Assembly: GCA_963747895.1 (NCBI GenBank) | Contig: CAVVGX010000011.1 | Span: 38,646 to 102,645, forward strand | Direction: 5' to 3' | Length of the DNA stretch: 64,000 nt | Source of the DNA: an uncultured Actinomycetota bacterium | GTDB taxonomy: Bacteria; Actinomycetota; Actinomycetes; Mycobacteriales; Geodermatophilaceae | In this document: positions 27,168 to 37,061 of the stretch, one piece after another | Numbering within the stretch: position 1 is the stretch's first letter | Layout: each line of letters starts with the position of its first letter | Program-made: the position numbers and the translations under genes | The notes under the pieces: generated by a model | Databases searched by the model: none | Told to the model about the DNA's origin: nothing | What the model saw: the letters and a program-made list of their open reading frames with translations, nothing else

Positions 27168-27544
27168 ACCAGACTTGCCGGCGGCAGCTCCCGGACGACC
27201 AGGTGGACCTGGCCGTCGAGGTGTTCCGCATGCTCGCCGACGGCACCCGCATCCGGATCCTGTGGGCGCTGATCGGCCGGGAGTCCTCGGTCAACGAGCT
27301 CGCCGCCGAGGTCGGCAAGCTGCCCGCTGCCGTGTCCCAGCACCTGGCCAAGCTGCGGATGTCCCGCCTCGTCGCGACCCGCCGCGAGGGCACCACGGTG
27401 TTCTACCGGCTGGAGAACCAGCACGTAGCCCAGCTGGTCACCGACGCTGTCCACAATGCCGAGCACGCCGGTACCGGAGTGCCCGGTCACCACCTGGGCG
27501 ACGCCGAGCTCGTGCGCCTGCACGGCGACGCGACGGGGGCCTGA
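27155..27544 (+). CDS. ArsR/SmtB family metalloregulator
   Basis: FRMLADGTRIRILWAL, VNELAAEVGKLPAAVSQHLAKLR. C-terminal His/Asp/Glu cluster QHVAQLVTDAVHNAEH (alpha-5-like site). Confidence 0.85.
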   Translation: MRADNQTCRRQLPDDQVDLAVEVFRMLADGTRIRILWALIGRESSVNELAAEVGKLPAAVSQHLAKLRMSRLVATRREGTTVFYRLENQHVAQLVTDAVHNAEHAGTGVPGHHLGDAELVRLHGDATGA

Positions 27545-27545
27545 C

Positions 27546-28562
<1,017 letters not shown>

Positions 28563-28604
28563 GGTGGGCGACCGCGCCGGGCTCGCCGACCCGGGTCGGA
28601 CCAG

Positions 28605-30011
28605 ATGACTGAGGACCCGAGGACGGACGCCCCAGAGCCCGACGGCGCCGCTCCGGGCCAGGAGGTGGTCCCGTTCCGCACGGCCGTGCGGACCTGGTTC
28701 CTCATCTCCCTGCAGACCTTCGGCGGACCGGCCGGGCAGATCGCCGTCATGCAGCGGGCGCTGGTCGAGGAGAAGCGGTGGATCGGCCAGCGCCGCTTCC
28801 TGCACGCCCTCAACTACTGCACGCTCCTGCCCGGCCCCGAGGCCCAGCAGCTGGCCACCTACGTCGGCTGGCTGCTGCACGGGACCCGCGGCGGGCTCGT
28901 CGCCGGTGGACTGTTCGTCCTGCCCGGGGTCGTCGCGCTGCTGGCGCTCTCGGCCGTCTACGTGGGGTTCGGCACCACCACCGTCGTCACCGCCGTGTTC
29001 ACAGGGCTGGCCGCGGCGGTGCTGGCCATCGTCGTGCAGGCCGTGATCCGCGTCGGGAAGCGAGCGCTGGACAGCCCAGCACTGGTCGCGCTGGCCGTGG
29101 CGTCGTTCCTCGCCCTCGCCGTCCTCGGCGTCCCCTTCCCGGTGGTCGTCGGCCTCGCCGGGCTCACCGGCTGGGCCCTCGGCCGCTGGTGGCCGGCCGC
29201 TCTCCCGGACCCGTCGGCCGCCGACGGCCCGGACGCCGGTCCGCCGCCGGTCGTCTCCGACGACGTCCTGCACCACGAGGCGCCGTCGGCCCGACGCACC
29301 CTCCGGGTGCTGCTCGTCGGGCTGCTGGCCTGGGGCCTGCCGATCGCGGCGTTTGCGCTCCTGACCGGCAGGGGGAGCGTGTTCACCGAGCAGGGGCTGT
29401 TCTTCTCCGGCGCCGCCGTCGTCACCTTCGGCGGCGCGTACGCGGTGCTGGCCTACGTCGCCCAGCAGGCCGTCGACGTCCACGGCTGGTTGGCGCCTCG
29501 GGAGATGGTGCGCGGCCTGGCCCTCGCCGAGACGACGCCGGGCCCGCTGATCATGGTCGTCCAGTTCGTCGCGTTCCTGGGCGCCCACCGCGACCCCGGC
29601 GACCTCGACCCGTGGGTGGCCGCGGTCCTGGCGTCACTGCTGGTCACCTGGGTCACCTTCGTGCCGAGCTTCCTGTTCGTGCTGCTCGGCGCCCCCTACA
29701 TGGAGCGGCTGCGCGGGAACCGGTCGCTGTCGTCGGCGCTCACCGGCATCACGGCCGCGGTGGTGGGCGTCATCGCCGACCTCGGCGTCTACTTCGCCGT
29801 CCACACGCTGTTCGACGAGACGGTGGCGGTCGACGGCGGGCCGCTGGCACTCGAGCTGCCCGACCTCACGACGCTGCGGCCCGTGCCCCTGGCCATCGCG
29901 CTCGTCGCGGCCGTGCTGCTCTTCGGTCTCCGGTGGTCGGTGCTGCGCACCCTGGGCGTCTGCGCGCTGCTCGGCCTCGGCGCCGGCCTGGCCGGGCTGC
30001 CGCCGGCCTGA
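28605..30011 (+). CDS. chrA: Chromate transporter (CHR family, two-domain)
   Basis: SLQTFGGPAGQIAVM, LNYCTLLPGPEAQQLA in the first half. Repeated FGGAYAVLAY, AETTPGPLIMV in the second half. Confidence 0.9.
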   Translation: MTEDPRTDAPEPDGAAPGQEVVPFRTAVRTWFLISLQTFGGPAGQIAVMQRALVEEKRWIGQRRFLHALNYCTLLPGPEAQQLATYVGWLLHGTRGGLVAGGLFVLPGVVALLALSAVYVGFGTTTVVTAVFTGLAAAVLAIVVQAVIRVGKRALDSPALVALAVASFLALAVLGVPFPVVVGLAGLTGWALGRWWPAALPDPSAADGPDAGPPPVVSDDVLHHEAPSARRTLRVLLVGLLAWGLPIAAFALLTGRGSVFTEQGLFFSGAAVVTFGGAYAVLAYVAQQAVDVHGWLAPREMVRGLALAETTPGPLIMVVQFVAFLGAHRDPGDLDPWVAAVLASLLVTWVTFVPSFLFVLLGAPYMERLRGNRSLSSALTGITAAVVGVIADLGVYFAVHTLFDETVAVDGGPLALELPDLTTLRPVPLAIALVAAVLLFGLRWSVLRTLGVCALLGLGAGLAGLPPA

Positions 30012-30034
30012 AGGTCGCGCAGTACGGTCGCGCC

Positions 30035-30529
30035 GTGGCGCAGCGGTGGCTGGACGAGGACCAGCAGCGGACCTGGCGGGCCTGGCTCTCGATCTCCGAG
30101 CTCCTCCCGCGGGCCCTCGACACCCGGCTGCAGCGCGACGCCGGCCTCAGCCACGCCGCCTACGTCGTCCTGGCGATGCTGTCCGAGGCCCCCGACCGCA
30201 GCCGGCGGATGAGCGACCTCGCCCGCCGGTCCAACCAGTCGCAGAGCCGGCTGTCGCACACGGTGGCCCGGCTCGAGGAGCGCGGCTGGGTGCGGCGGGA
30301 GCGTGCCGCCGAGGACGGCCGCGGCAACCGCGCCCTCCTCACCGACGCCGGCTGGGACGTCGTCCGGACACTGGCGCCCAGGCACGTCGACGCCGTCCGC
30401 GAGGCGCTGTTCGACCCGCTGACCGCGCAGCAGAGCCGCGCGCTGGGCGACGCGCTCCAGGCGGTGCTCGAGCGGCTCGACCCCGACCGCAGCCTGCGGC
30501 TGCACGACGGAGGCGACGGACCCGGCTGA
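30035..30529 (+). CDS. MarR family transcriptional regulator
   Basis: LSHAAYVVLAMLSEAPDRSRRMSDLARRSNQSQSRLSHTVARLEERGWVRRE winged helix. GTG 30035 start uncertain. Confidence 0.8.
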   Translation: MAQRWLDEDQQRTWRAWLSISELLPRALDTRLQRDAGLSHAAYVVLAMLSEAPDRSRRMSDLARRSNQSQSRLSHTVARLEERGWVRRERAAEDGRGNRALLTDAGWDVVRTLAPRHVDAVREALFDPLTAQQSRALGDALQAVLERLDPDRSLRLHDGGDGPG

Positions 30530-30557
30530 CCGGCGGTCGTCTGCCCGACCCGCTGCC

Positions 30558-32075
30558 TCAGCGGCCGAGGTGCCGGTACCGGTGCAGCCGGGTGCGGAAG
30601 CGCTCGGTGTCGTCCCGGCCCAGCAGCCCGGCCAGCTCCTCGCCGAGCACCCGCCCCAGGCGAAGGCAGAACTCGGTCGGCTCGTCGGCGGCGTCCGGCC
30701 GCTCGGCGACGACGCGGTCGACGATCCCGGCCCGGTGCAGGTCGGTGGCCCGCACGCCCTGCGCCTGGGCCATCTCGCCGGCGTGCTCGGTGTCGCGGTG
30801 CACGATGGCCGAGGCGCCCTCCGGCGGCAGCGGGCCCAGCCAGCCGTTGGCCGCGGCCAGCACCCGGTCGGCGGGCACCAGGGCCAGCGCGCCACCTCCC
30901 GTGCCCTGGCCGAGCAGCACCGCCAGCGTGGGCGCCTGCAGCATCACCAGGTCCTGCAGGCAGCGGGCGATCTCCCCGGCCAGCCCGCCCTCCTCGGCCT
31001 CGCGGGACAGCGCCGCACCGGGGGTGTCGATCAGCGTGACCAGCGGGAGCCGCAGCTCCTGCGCCAGGTGCATGCCGCGGCGCGCCTCGCGCAGGGCGGC
31101 CGGCCCCAGCGGCGCCGCCGTCGACTGACCACGCCGGTCCTGGCCGAGGACGACGCAGGGCGCGCCGCCGAACCGGGCCAGGGCGAGCAGCAGGCCGGGG
31201 TCCTTCTCGCCGGCCCCGGTGCCGGACAGGCCCACGACGTCGGTGGCCGCGGTGCGCAGCAGCCGGCGCACGCCGGGCCGGTCCGCCCGTCGGGACGCGG
31301 TCACCACGTCCCAGGCAGTCCGGGCGTCCGCGGCGTCGTCGGTGTCCTCCGGGCCGGGGCGGTCGGCCGAGGCGACGTCGACGTGCCAGGTCTGGCGGGC
31401 GGCGAGCACGCGCAGCGCGCGGTCGGCGACCTCGGCGATCTCCCCGTGCGGGACGACGGCGTCGATGAGCCCGTGCTCGGCCATGTTCTCCGCCGTCTGC
31501 ACGCCCTCGGGGAACCGCTCGCCGTACAGCGCCTCGAAGACCCGCGGGCCGAGGAAGCCGATGGAGGCGCCGGGCTCGGCGATGGTCACGTGGCCGAGCG
31601 AGCCCCAGGAGGCCAGCACCCCGCCGAAGGTGGGGTTGCGCAGGTACACGAGGTAGGGGAGGCCGGCCTGCTTGTGCCGCGCGATGGCCGCGGTGATGCC
31701 GATCATCTGGAGGAAGGCCACGGTGCCCTCCTGCATCCGGGTGCCCCCCGACACGGGCGCGGCAAGCAGCGGCAGGCCCTGCTCGGTCGCCCGCTCCACG
31801 GCCGCGATCAGCCGGTCGGCGGCGGCGACCCCGATGGAGCCGGCGAGGAAGCCGAACTCCCCGGCGACCACGGCCACGCGCCGCCCGCGGAGGAGCCCCT
31901 CGCCGGTGATGATCGACTCGTCCTGCCGGGTCCTCTCCGCCGCGGCCGCCAGCTCGCGGGCGTAGTCCTCGGCGACGTCGCGCGCCGGGACGGGGGAGTC
32001 CCACGACCGCCACGACCCGGGGTCGAGCACCAGGTCGCGCAGCGCGCGGGCATCCAGCCGCGAGGGTGAGGGCAT
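30558..32075 (-). CDS. Carboxyltransferase, fused AccD-like (beta) and AccA-like (alpha) halves
   Basis: N-terminal half ITGEG.L.GRRVAVVAGEF.FLAGSIG..., GGTRMQEG. C-terminal half PLVTLIDTPGA..., GGGALA. ATG 32075 with ACGGAG RBS. Confidence 0.75.
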   Translation of the reverse strand: MPSPSRLDARALRDLVLDPGSWRSWDSPVPARDVAEDYARELAAAAERTRQDESIITGEGLLRGRRVAVVAGEFGFLAGSIGVAAADRLIAAVERATEQGLPLLAAPVSGGTRMQEGTVAFLQMIGITAAIARHKQAGLPYLVYLRNPTFGGVLASWGSLGHVTIAEPGASIGFLGPRVFEALYGERFPEGVQTAENMAEHGLIDAVVPHGEIAEVADRALRVLAARQTWHVDVASADRPGPEDTDDAADARTAWDVVTASRRADRPGVRRLLRTAATDVVGLSGTGAGEKDPGLLLALARFGGAPCVVLGQDRRGQSTAAPLGPAALREARRGMHLAQELRLPLVTLIDTPGAALSREAEEGGLAGEIARCLQDLVMLQAPTLAVLLGQGTGGGALALVPADRVLAAANGWLGPLPPEGASAIVHRDTEHAGEMAQAQGVRATDLHRAGIVDRVVAERPDAADEPTEFCLRLGRVLGEELAGLLGRDDTERFRTRLHRYRHLGR

Positions 32076-32161
32076 GCGGAGCTCCGTTCGACGGATCGGG
32101 CACGGGGGTCCGCCGATGATTCCCGCCAGCGGTCCCGCGGACGACACCGACCCCGCGGGCG

Positions 32162-32752
32162 TCACCCCCCGGCGAGCTGTTGCCACCCGCCCGAGGGGGT
32201 GACCACGGCGGTGACCCGGTGGTCGTGCGGCTCCGCCGGCAGCTCGTCGAGCAGCTCGTCGTCGAACACCAACGCGACGACGACGGCGTCGGGGCGCGCG
32301 TGGCGCAGCGCCCGGTCGTAGTAGCCGCCACCGCGCCCCAGTCGCACGCCCCCGAGGGAGACCGCCAGCGCCGGGACGACGACGATCTCCGCCGTCCCCA
32401 CCGCCGTGGCGCCCAGCCGCGGGCCGACCGGCTCCAGCAGGCCGAACCGCCCCGGGGCCATGCGGCCGGAGTCGACGGCCCACCCGAGCTCCCGGCTCCC
32501 GGGGGCGACCACCGGCAGCAGGACGCGCGCGCCCAGTCGGGTGAGCACCGCGGGGAGCCGGCCGTGCCCGGGCTCGGTCTCCTCCGGGACGTACGCCGCG
32601 ATCGTCCGGGCCGCCGCCAGGCCCTCGAGCAGGGCCGTCGCGATGGCGGCGGCGTCCGCCGTCCGCCCGGCGGGCGGGCGGCCGCGCCGGGTCGCGAGGA
32701 TCCGCTCGCGGAGCGCCGACTTGGCGGCGACCGGATCTCGGGCAGAGGTCAT
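32162..32752 (-). CDS. 5-formyltetrahydrofolate cyclo-ligase
   Basis: K..LR...L..R at the N-terminus; VVPALAV...G.RLGRGGGYYDR motif. Confidence 0.9.
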   Translation of the reverse strand: MTSARDPVAAKSALRERILATRRGRPPAGRTADAAAIATALLEGLAAARTIAAYVPEETEPGHGRLPAVLTRLGARVLLPVVAPGSRELGWAVDSGRMAPGRFGLLEPVGPRLGATAVGTAEIVVVPALAVSLGGVRLGRGGGYYDRALRHARPDAVVVALVFDDELLDELPAEPHDHRVTAVVTPSGGWQQLAGG

Positions 32753-32758
32753 CCCGAA

Positions 32759-32772
32759 AGGCTAGTTAGGCT
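32759..32772. promoter_or_regulatory. Back-to-back -10-like hexamers (TAGCCT on minus strand, TAGGCT on plus strand), each 6 nt from an ATG
   Basis: The 26-nt divergent intergenic region is cccgaaAGGCTAgtTAGGCTgcgctc. Both hexamers fit TANNNT. The spacing fits leaderless transcripts. Confidence 0.35.
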
Positions 32773-32778
32773 GCGCTC

Positions 32779-33699
32779 ATGACGAGCCAGGGCACCCGAC
32801 CTGCACGAAAGGCCGTCATCCCCGTGGCGGGGATGGGCACGCGGTTCCTGCCGGCCACCAAGGCCGTGCCCAAGGAGCTGCTCCCGGTCGTCGACCGGCC
32901 CGCCCTCCAGTACATCGTCGAGGAGGCCGCGCGCGCCGGCCTGCCCGAGGTGCTCATGGTGACCGGCCGGAACAAGGGCGCCATCGAGGACTTCTTCGAC
33001 AGCACCCCCGAGCTGGAGGCGGCGCTGGAGAAGAAGGGCGACGCCGGCCGGCTGGAGGCAGTCCGCTCCTCGACCGACGTCGCCCAGGTGCACTTCGTCC
33101 GGCAGGGCGAGGCCCGGGGCCTGGGCCACGCGGTCCTGCAGGCGGCGGCGTTCGTCGGTGACGAGCCGTTCGCCGTCCTCCTGGGCGACGACCTCATCGA
33201 CGCCCGCGACCACCTGCTCGAGCAGATGCTCGCGGTGCAGGCCGAGCACGGTGGCTCGGTGATCGCCCTGCTCGACGTCGGCCTGGAGAACATCGACAAG
33301 TACGGCGCCGTCGCCGTGGACCCCGCCACCGACGGCAGCGACGTCGTGGCCGTCACCGGTCTGGTCGAGAAGCCGCCGATCGAGGAGGCCCCCAGCAGCC
33401 TGGCCATCATCGGCCGCTACGTGCTGGCGCCGGAGATCTTCGCCGTGCTGCGCGAGACGGCGCCCGGCCGCGGCGGGGAGATCCAGCTGACCGACGCGCT
33501 GGCCACCCTCGTCGAGCGCGGCGAGCCCGTCCACGGGGTCGTCTTCGGCGGCCGCCGGTACGACACCGGCGACAAGCTGGACTACCTCAAGGCCGTCGTC
33601 CGGCTGGCCGTGGAGCGCGACGACCTGGGTCCCGCGCTGCGCACCTGGCTGCGCGAGTTCGTCAACGAGCTGCCGGCCGAGGGCGCGTCGTCGTCCTGA
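32779..33699 (+). CDS. galU: UTP-glucose-1-phosphate uridylyltransferase
   Basis: AVIPVAGMGTRFLPATKAVPKELLPVVD, VRQGEARGLGHAV, GRYVL. Confidence 0.95.
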   Translation: MTSQGTRPARKAVIPVAGMGTRFLPATKAVPKELLPVVDRPALQYIVEEAARAGLPEVLMVTGRNKGAIEDFFDSTPELEAALEKKGDAGRLEAVRSSTDVAQVHFVRQGEARGLGHAVLQAAAFVGDEPFAVLLGDDLIDARDHLLEQMLAVQAEHGGSVIALLDVGLENIDKYGAVAVDPATDGSDVVAVTGLVEKPPIEEAPSSLAIIGRYVLAPEIFAVLRETAPGRGGEIQLTDALATLVERGEPVHGVVFGGRRYDTGDKLDYLKAVVRLAVERDDLGPALRTWLREFVNELPAEGASSS

Positions 33700-33823
33700 G
33701 CGGGCCCCGCAAGGGCACCATCGGGCCGCGGGGCACCGCGCCGGCTCCCGATCGGGGCGGGCGGGGCCACGCAGGCCGGTGCCGCCGAACGGCGGACGGC
33801 ACGGCAGAACGGTGGTGGTGAGG

Positions 33824-35218
33824 ATGACCGGCAAGGACGACGGCACGGGCGGGGCACCCGGGGAGTACCGGGACACCCAGGTCGTCGACGGCCCGGCGCG
33901 CCCGCCCGGCGAGGTCCCGCCGCTGCCCACGCCCCGCTCCGTGACGGAGGGCGCGGTCCCGCTGCCCCCGGCGGAGTCCGTGCCGCTGTCGGTGATCTGC
34001 ACGGTCGAGCGGCACCTCGACGAGATCCTGGGCAGCGTCCCGCAGCCGGACCCGATCGAGCTCGCCGTCCTGGACGCCCAGGGGCTCCTGTGCGCCGAGG
34101 AGGTCATCAGCCAGCGCGCGCTGCCGGCCTTCGACCAGGCCGCGCTGGACGGGTACGCCGTCCGCGCCGAGGACGTCGCCGGCGCGCGGCCCCACGCGCC
34201 GGTCTCGCTCGCCGTCGTCGGCGAGAGCGTCGCGGGCGCCGGCGTCCCCGCGTCCATCGGTCCCGGCCTGGCGTTCCGCGTGTCGGCGGGCGCGATGCTG
34301 CCGACCGGTGCCGACGTCGTCGTCCCCGGCGTCTGGACCGACCAGGGTGACGTGCGCGTCGAGGTCCTGGCCGGCCCGCCGGCCGGCGGCTACGTGCGCC
34401 GCACCGGGGACGACGTCGCCCCCGGCGATCCCGCCGTGCAGGTGGGGACGCCGATCGGCCCGGCCCAGATCAGCCTGCTGGCGGCGGTGGGCCGCGAACG
34501 CGTGCTGGTCCGGCCGCGACCGCGCATCGCCGTCCTCTGCGCCGGCACCGAGCTGGTCGACGTCGGGACCGCACCGGCGCCGGGCCAGGTCGTCGACGTC
34601 AACAGCTACGCCCTCGCCGCGGCCGCGCGCGACGCCGGGGCCGAGGCCTACCGCTCCGGCATCCTGCCGACCGACCGGCGCCGGCTCACCGAGGTGCTCG
34701 AGAGCCAACTGCTGCGCAGCGACCTGGTGCTCATCGCCGGAACCTTCACCCCGGGCGGGTTCGACATGGTGCAGGAGGTGCTGGCCGAGCTGGGGCAGAT
34801 GCAGTTCCGCCAGGTGACCATGCACCCCGGTCCCGTCCAGGGCTTCGGCCGGCTGGGCCGCGACCAGGTGCCGGTCATCTGCATCCCCGGCGAGCCGGTC
34901 GCCGCGCTGGTGGCCTTCGAGGTGTTCGTGCGCCCGGCGATCCGGCTGATGCTGGGCAAGCGGCAGCTGTTCCGGCGCACCGTGCAGGCGGTCTCCGGCC
35001 AGCCGCTGGTCTCGCCGCTGGGCTACCGCCAGTACCTGCACGGCACGGTCATGCGCCACCCGGACGGCGGGTACGTCGTCGAACCGGTGGGCAACGGCAC
35101 CGAGGCCCTGCTCGCCCGCATGGCGCGCGCCAACTGCCTGATCGTCGTCGACGAGGACGTCACCGAGGTGGCCGCCGGCGCGCTCGTCACGGTCATGCCC
35201 CTGCTGCTCGGCGGCTGA
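33824..35218 (+). CDS. glp: MoeA-family molybdopterin molybdotransferase / gephyrin-like protein Glp
   Basis: LPAFDQAALDGYAV, MLPTGADVVVP, central MoCF-binding domain (RIAVLCAGTELV), C-terminal MoeA_C. Synteny galU-moeA-rimJ-membrane protein. Confidence 0.85.
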   Translation: MTGKDDGTGGAPGEYRDTQVVDGPARPPGEVPPLPTPRSVTEGAVPLPPAESVPLSVICTVERHLDEILGSVPQPDPIELAVLDAQGLLCAEEVISQRALPAFDQAALDGYAVRAEDVAGARPHAPVSLAVVGESVAGAGVPASIGPGLAFRVSAGAMLPTGADVVVPGVWTDQGDVRVEVLAGPPAGGYVRRTGDDVAPGDPAVQVGTPIGPAQISLLAAVGRERVLVRPRPRIAVLCAGTELVDVGTAPAPGQVVDVNSYALAAAARDAGAEAYRSGILPTDRRRLTEVLESQLLRSDLVLIAGTFTPGGFDMVQEVLAELGQMQFRQVTMHPGPVQGFGRLGRDQVPVICIPGEPVAALVAFEVFVRPAIRLMLGKRQLFRRTVQAVSGQPLVSPLGYRQYLHGTVMRHPDGGYVVEPVGNGTEALLARMARANCLIVVDEDVTEVAAGALVTVMPLLLGG

Positions 35219-35270
35219 GCTGGAACCCGCCCCGCACCCCGGCTGGCCGGCGCAGCTCGGCTGGGGACCG

Positions 35271-35837
35271 GTGGAGCTGCAGCCGCTGCGCCGTCGGGAC
35301 GCGGCCGAGTGGAGCCGGCTGCGGACGGCCAACGAGAGCTGGCTCCGGCCGTGGGAGCCCACGTCGGCGCAGCCCTGGGCGACGCGGCACAGCCCCACCG
35401 CCTACCGCGCCATGCGGCGAGCCCTGGCACGGCGGGCGCGCACGGGGGTCACGGTGCCGTTCGCGATCCGCGTCGAGGGCCGGCTCGCCGGTCAGGTGAC
35501 CGTGGACAACATCGTGCGCGGGGCGATGCGGTCGGGCTGGCTCGGCTACTGGATCGACCGCGGGGTCGCCGGCCGTGGCATGGGGTCCCTCGCCGTCGCC
35601 CTCGTCTGCGACCACGCCTTCGGCGCGATGGGGCTGCACCGGCTGCAGGCCGACATCCGGCCGGAGAACGAGCCCAGCCGGCACCTGGTGGAGCGGCTCG
35701 GGTTCACCCGCGAAGGCGTGCTGCGCCGCTACCTGGACATCGACGGGGAGTGGCGCGACCACCTCGCGTACGCGCTGCTGGCCGACGACCTCCCCGGCGG
35801 CGCGCTGGCCCGCTGGCGGTCGCGGGCCGGGCTGTGA
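35271..35837 (+). CDS. rimJ: GNAT N-acetyltransferase, RimJ-like
   Basis: LQPLRRRDA..W..LR..N..WL.PWEP, GYWID....GRGM, LHRLQADIRPEN..S..LVERLGF..EG. A CTG start at 35220 is possible. Confidence 0.8.
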   Translation: MELQPLRRRDAAEWSRLRTANESWLRPWEPTSAQPWATRHSPTAYRAMRRALARRARTGVTVPFAIRVEGRLAGQVTVDNIVRGAMRSGWLGYWIDRGVAGRGMGSLAVALVCDHAFGAMGLHRLQADIRPENEPSRHLVERLGFTREGVLRRYLDIDGEWRDHLAYALLADDLPGGALARWRSRAGL

Positions 35838-36001
35838 CCCGGCCGTTAGCACGGCGCCGGACCGGTCACCGCACCTCCCGTGTCGACACGCCGCGGCCTC
35901 GTCACACCAGTCACACGACCGATCAGCGACACGCCGCGCGCCTCCCTCGTTCGGGGCGGCCGTCTGCATAACCTCGGCCTCGCGAGTGACTCATGTGACG
36001 G

Positions 36002-36712
36002 GTGGTGTTCGAAATGGGATCAGGCGTGCTGCTGGCAGCTCTGGTCGTCCTCTGGTTCGTCGTGCTCGTCCCCATGGTGGTGACCCGCGGCGACGCGCAG
36101 GACGACCGGACGGTGCGTGCCGACTCGGGTCGGACGCTGCAGCGACGGCGTGCGACCGGTCCCGTGGTGCACGCCGAGACCGAGCGGGTGTCCATCGACC
36201 GCGAGGCGCTGTTCACCAGCGGTGAGCTGAAGGTGGACGTGCACGCGTTGCGCCGTCGCACCCTCGGTGGCCTGGTGGCGCTGGCCGTCGTCGCGCTGGT
36301 CGGAGCCGTGGCGTACAGCCCGTGGCTGTGGGTCGCCCAGCTGGTCCTGGACCTCGCCGTCGTCGGGTACGTCCTGGTGCTGCGCAAGGTGGCCCGCCGC
36401 GAGCGGCTGGCCGCCCGCCGGGCAGCGCGGGCCGCTGCCCGCGAGGCGCTGCGCCCCACGTCCCTGCCGGAGCCTCGGACCGCCCCCGCGCCGCGCCCGG
36501 CCCCCCAGGTGCACGAGACCGTCGCCGCCGAGGCCCTGCCGCACCCGAGCGTCCCGCTGGCGCCGGTGGCCCAGTTCCGCGGCCGCGTCGTCGCGGCACG
36601 CAACCCGGCTCCGGTCGGCTGGCAGAACAGTGCCGTCGTGGGACTCGACGACGACGACCTCGGTTTCGCCGACATCGACGAGTACCAGCCCCGCCGGGTC
36701 GCCAACCTCTGA
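36002..36712 (+). CDS. Membrane protein, SepX/GlpR-like divisome protein (by position and architecture)
   Basis: N-terminal TM (VLLAALVVLWFVVLVPMVV), second TM pair, Arg/Ala-rich helix, conserved acidic C-terminus (VVGLDDDDLGFADIDEY). Occupies the slot of Rv0996 after rimJ. Confidence 0.6.
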   Translation: MVFEMGSGVLLAALVVLWFVVLVPMVVTRGDAQDDRTVRADSGRTLQRRRATGPVVHAETERVSIDREALFTSGELKVDVHALRRRTLGGLVALAVVALVGAVAYSPWLWVAQLVLDLAVVGYVLVLRKVARRERLAARRAARAAAREALRPTSLPEPRTAPAPRPAPQVHETVAAEALPHPSVPLAPVAQFRGRVVAARNPAPVGWQNSAVVGLDDDDLGFADIDEYQPRRVANL

Positions 36713-36789
36713 CGGTGCGACGACCCGCTCCGCCGGGTGCCGCCCGGTGGTGGCGCCGGCGAGGCGGGACGGTAAGCTCATTCCTCGAA

Positions 36790-36863
36790 GGGGCTGTGGC
36801 GCAGTCCGGTAGCGCACCTCGTTCGCATCGAGGGGGTCAGGGGTTCAACTCCCCTCAGCTCCA
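36790..36863 (+). tRNA. tRNA-Ala (anticodon CGC)
   Basis: Acceptor GGGGCTG/CAGCTCC with the G3:U70 Ala identity pair. Anticodon loop TTCGCAT. T-arm AGGGG-TTCAACT-CCCCT. CCA not encoded. Confidence 0.9.
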
Positions 36864-36873
36864 CCCAGCAGGA

Positions 36874-36913
36874 CACGAAACGCCGTCGGGCAGCTGCCCG
36901 GCGGCGTTTCGTG
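36874..36913 (+). terminator. 40-nt near-perfect palindrome (20-bp stem) 10 nt after tRNA-Ala
   Basis: CACGAAACGCCGTCGGGCAG/CTGCCCGGCGGCGTTTCGTG with one T-G wobble. No U tract (I-shaped terminator type). Confidence 0.5.
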
Positions 36914-37061
36914 CGTCCGGACCCCGGTGCGGCCAGGTCCGCGGCCGTCCGGGCACCCTCCGTGACGACGCTCAGGCGGGCGGACCGTCCGGCGAACTTC
37001 GATACGGCCGTGACCGGATACGAATTGTGATCGGGAGCTACCGGCTGGTACCCATCCCTGC

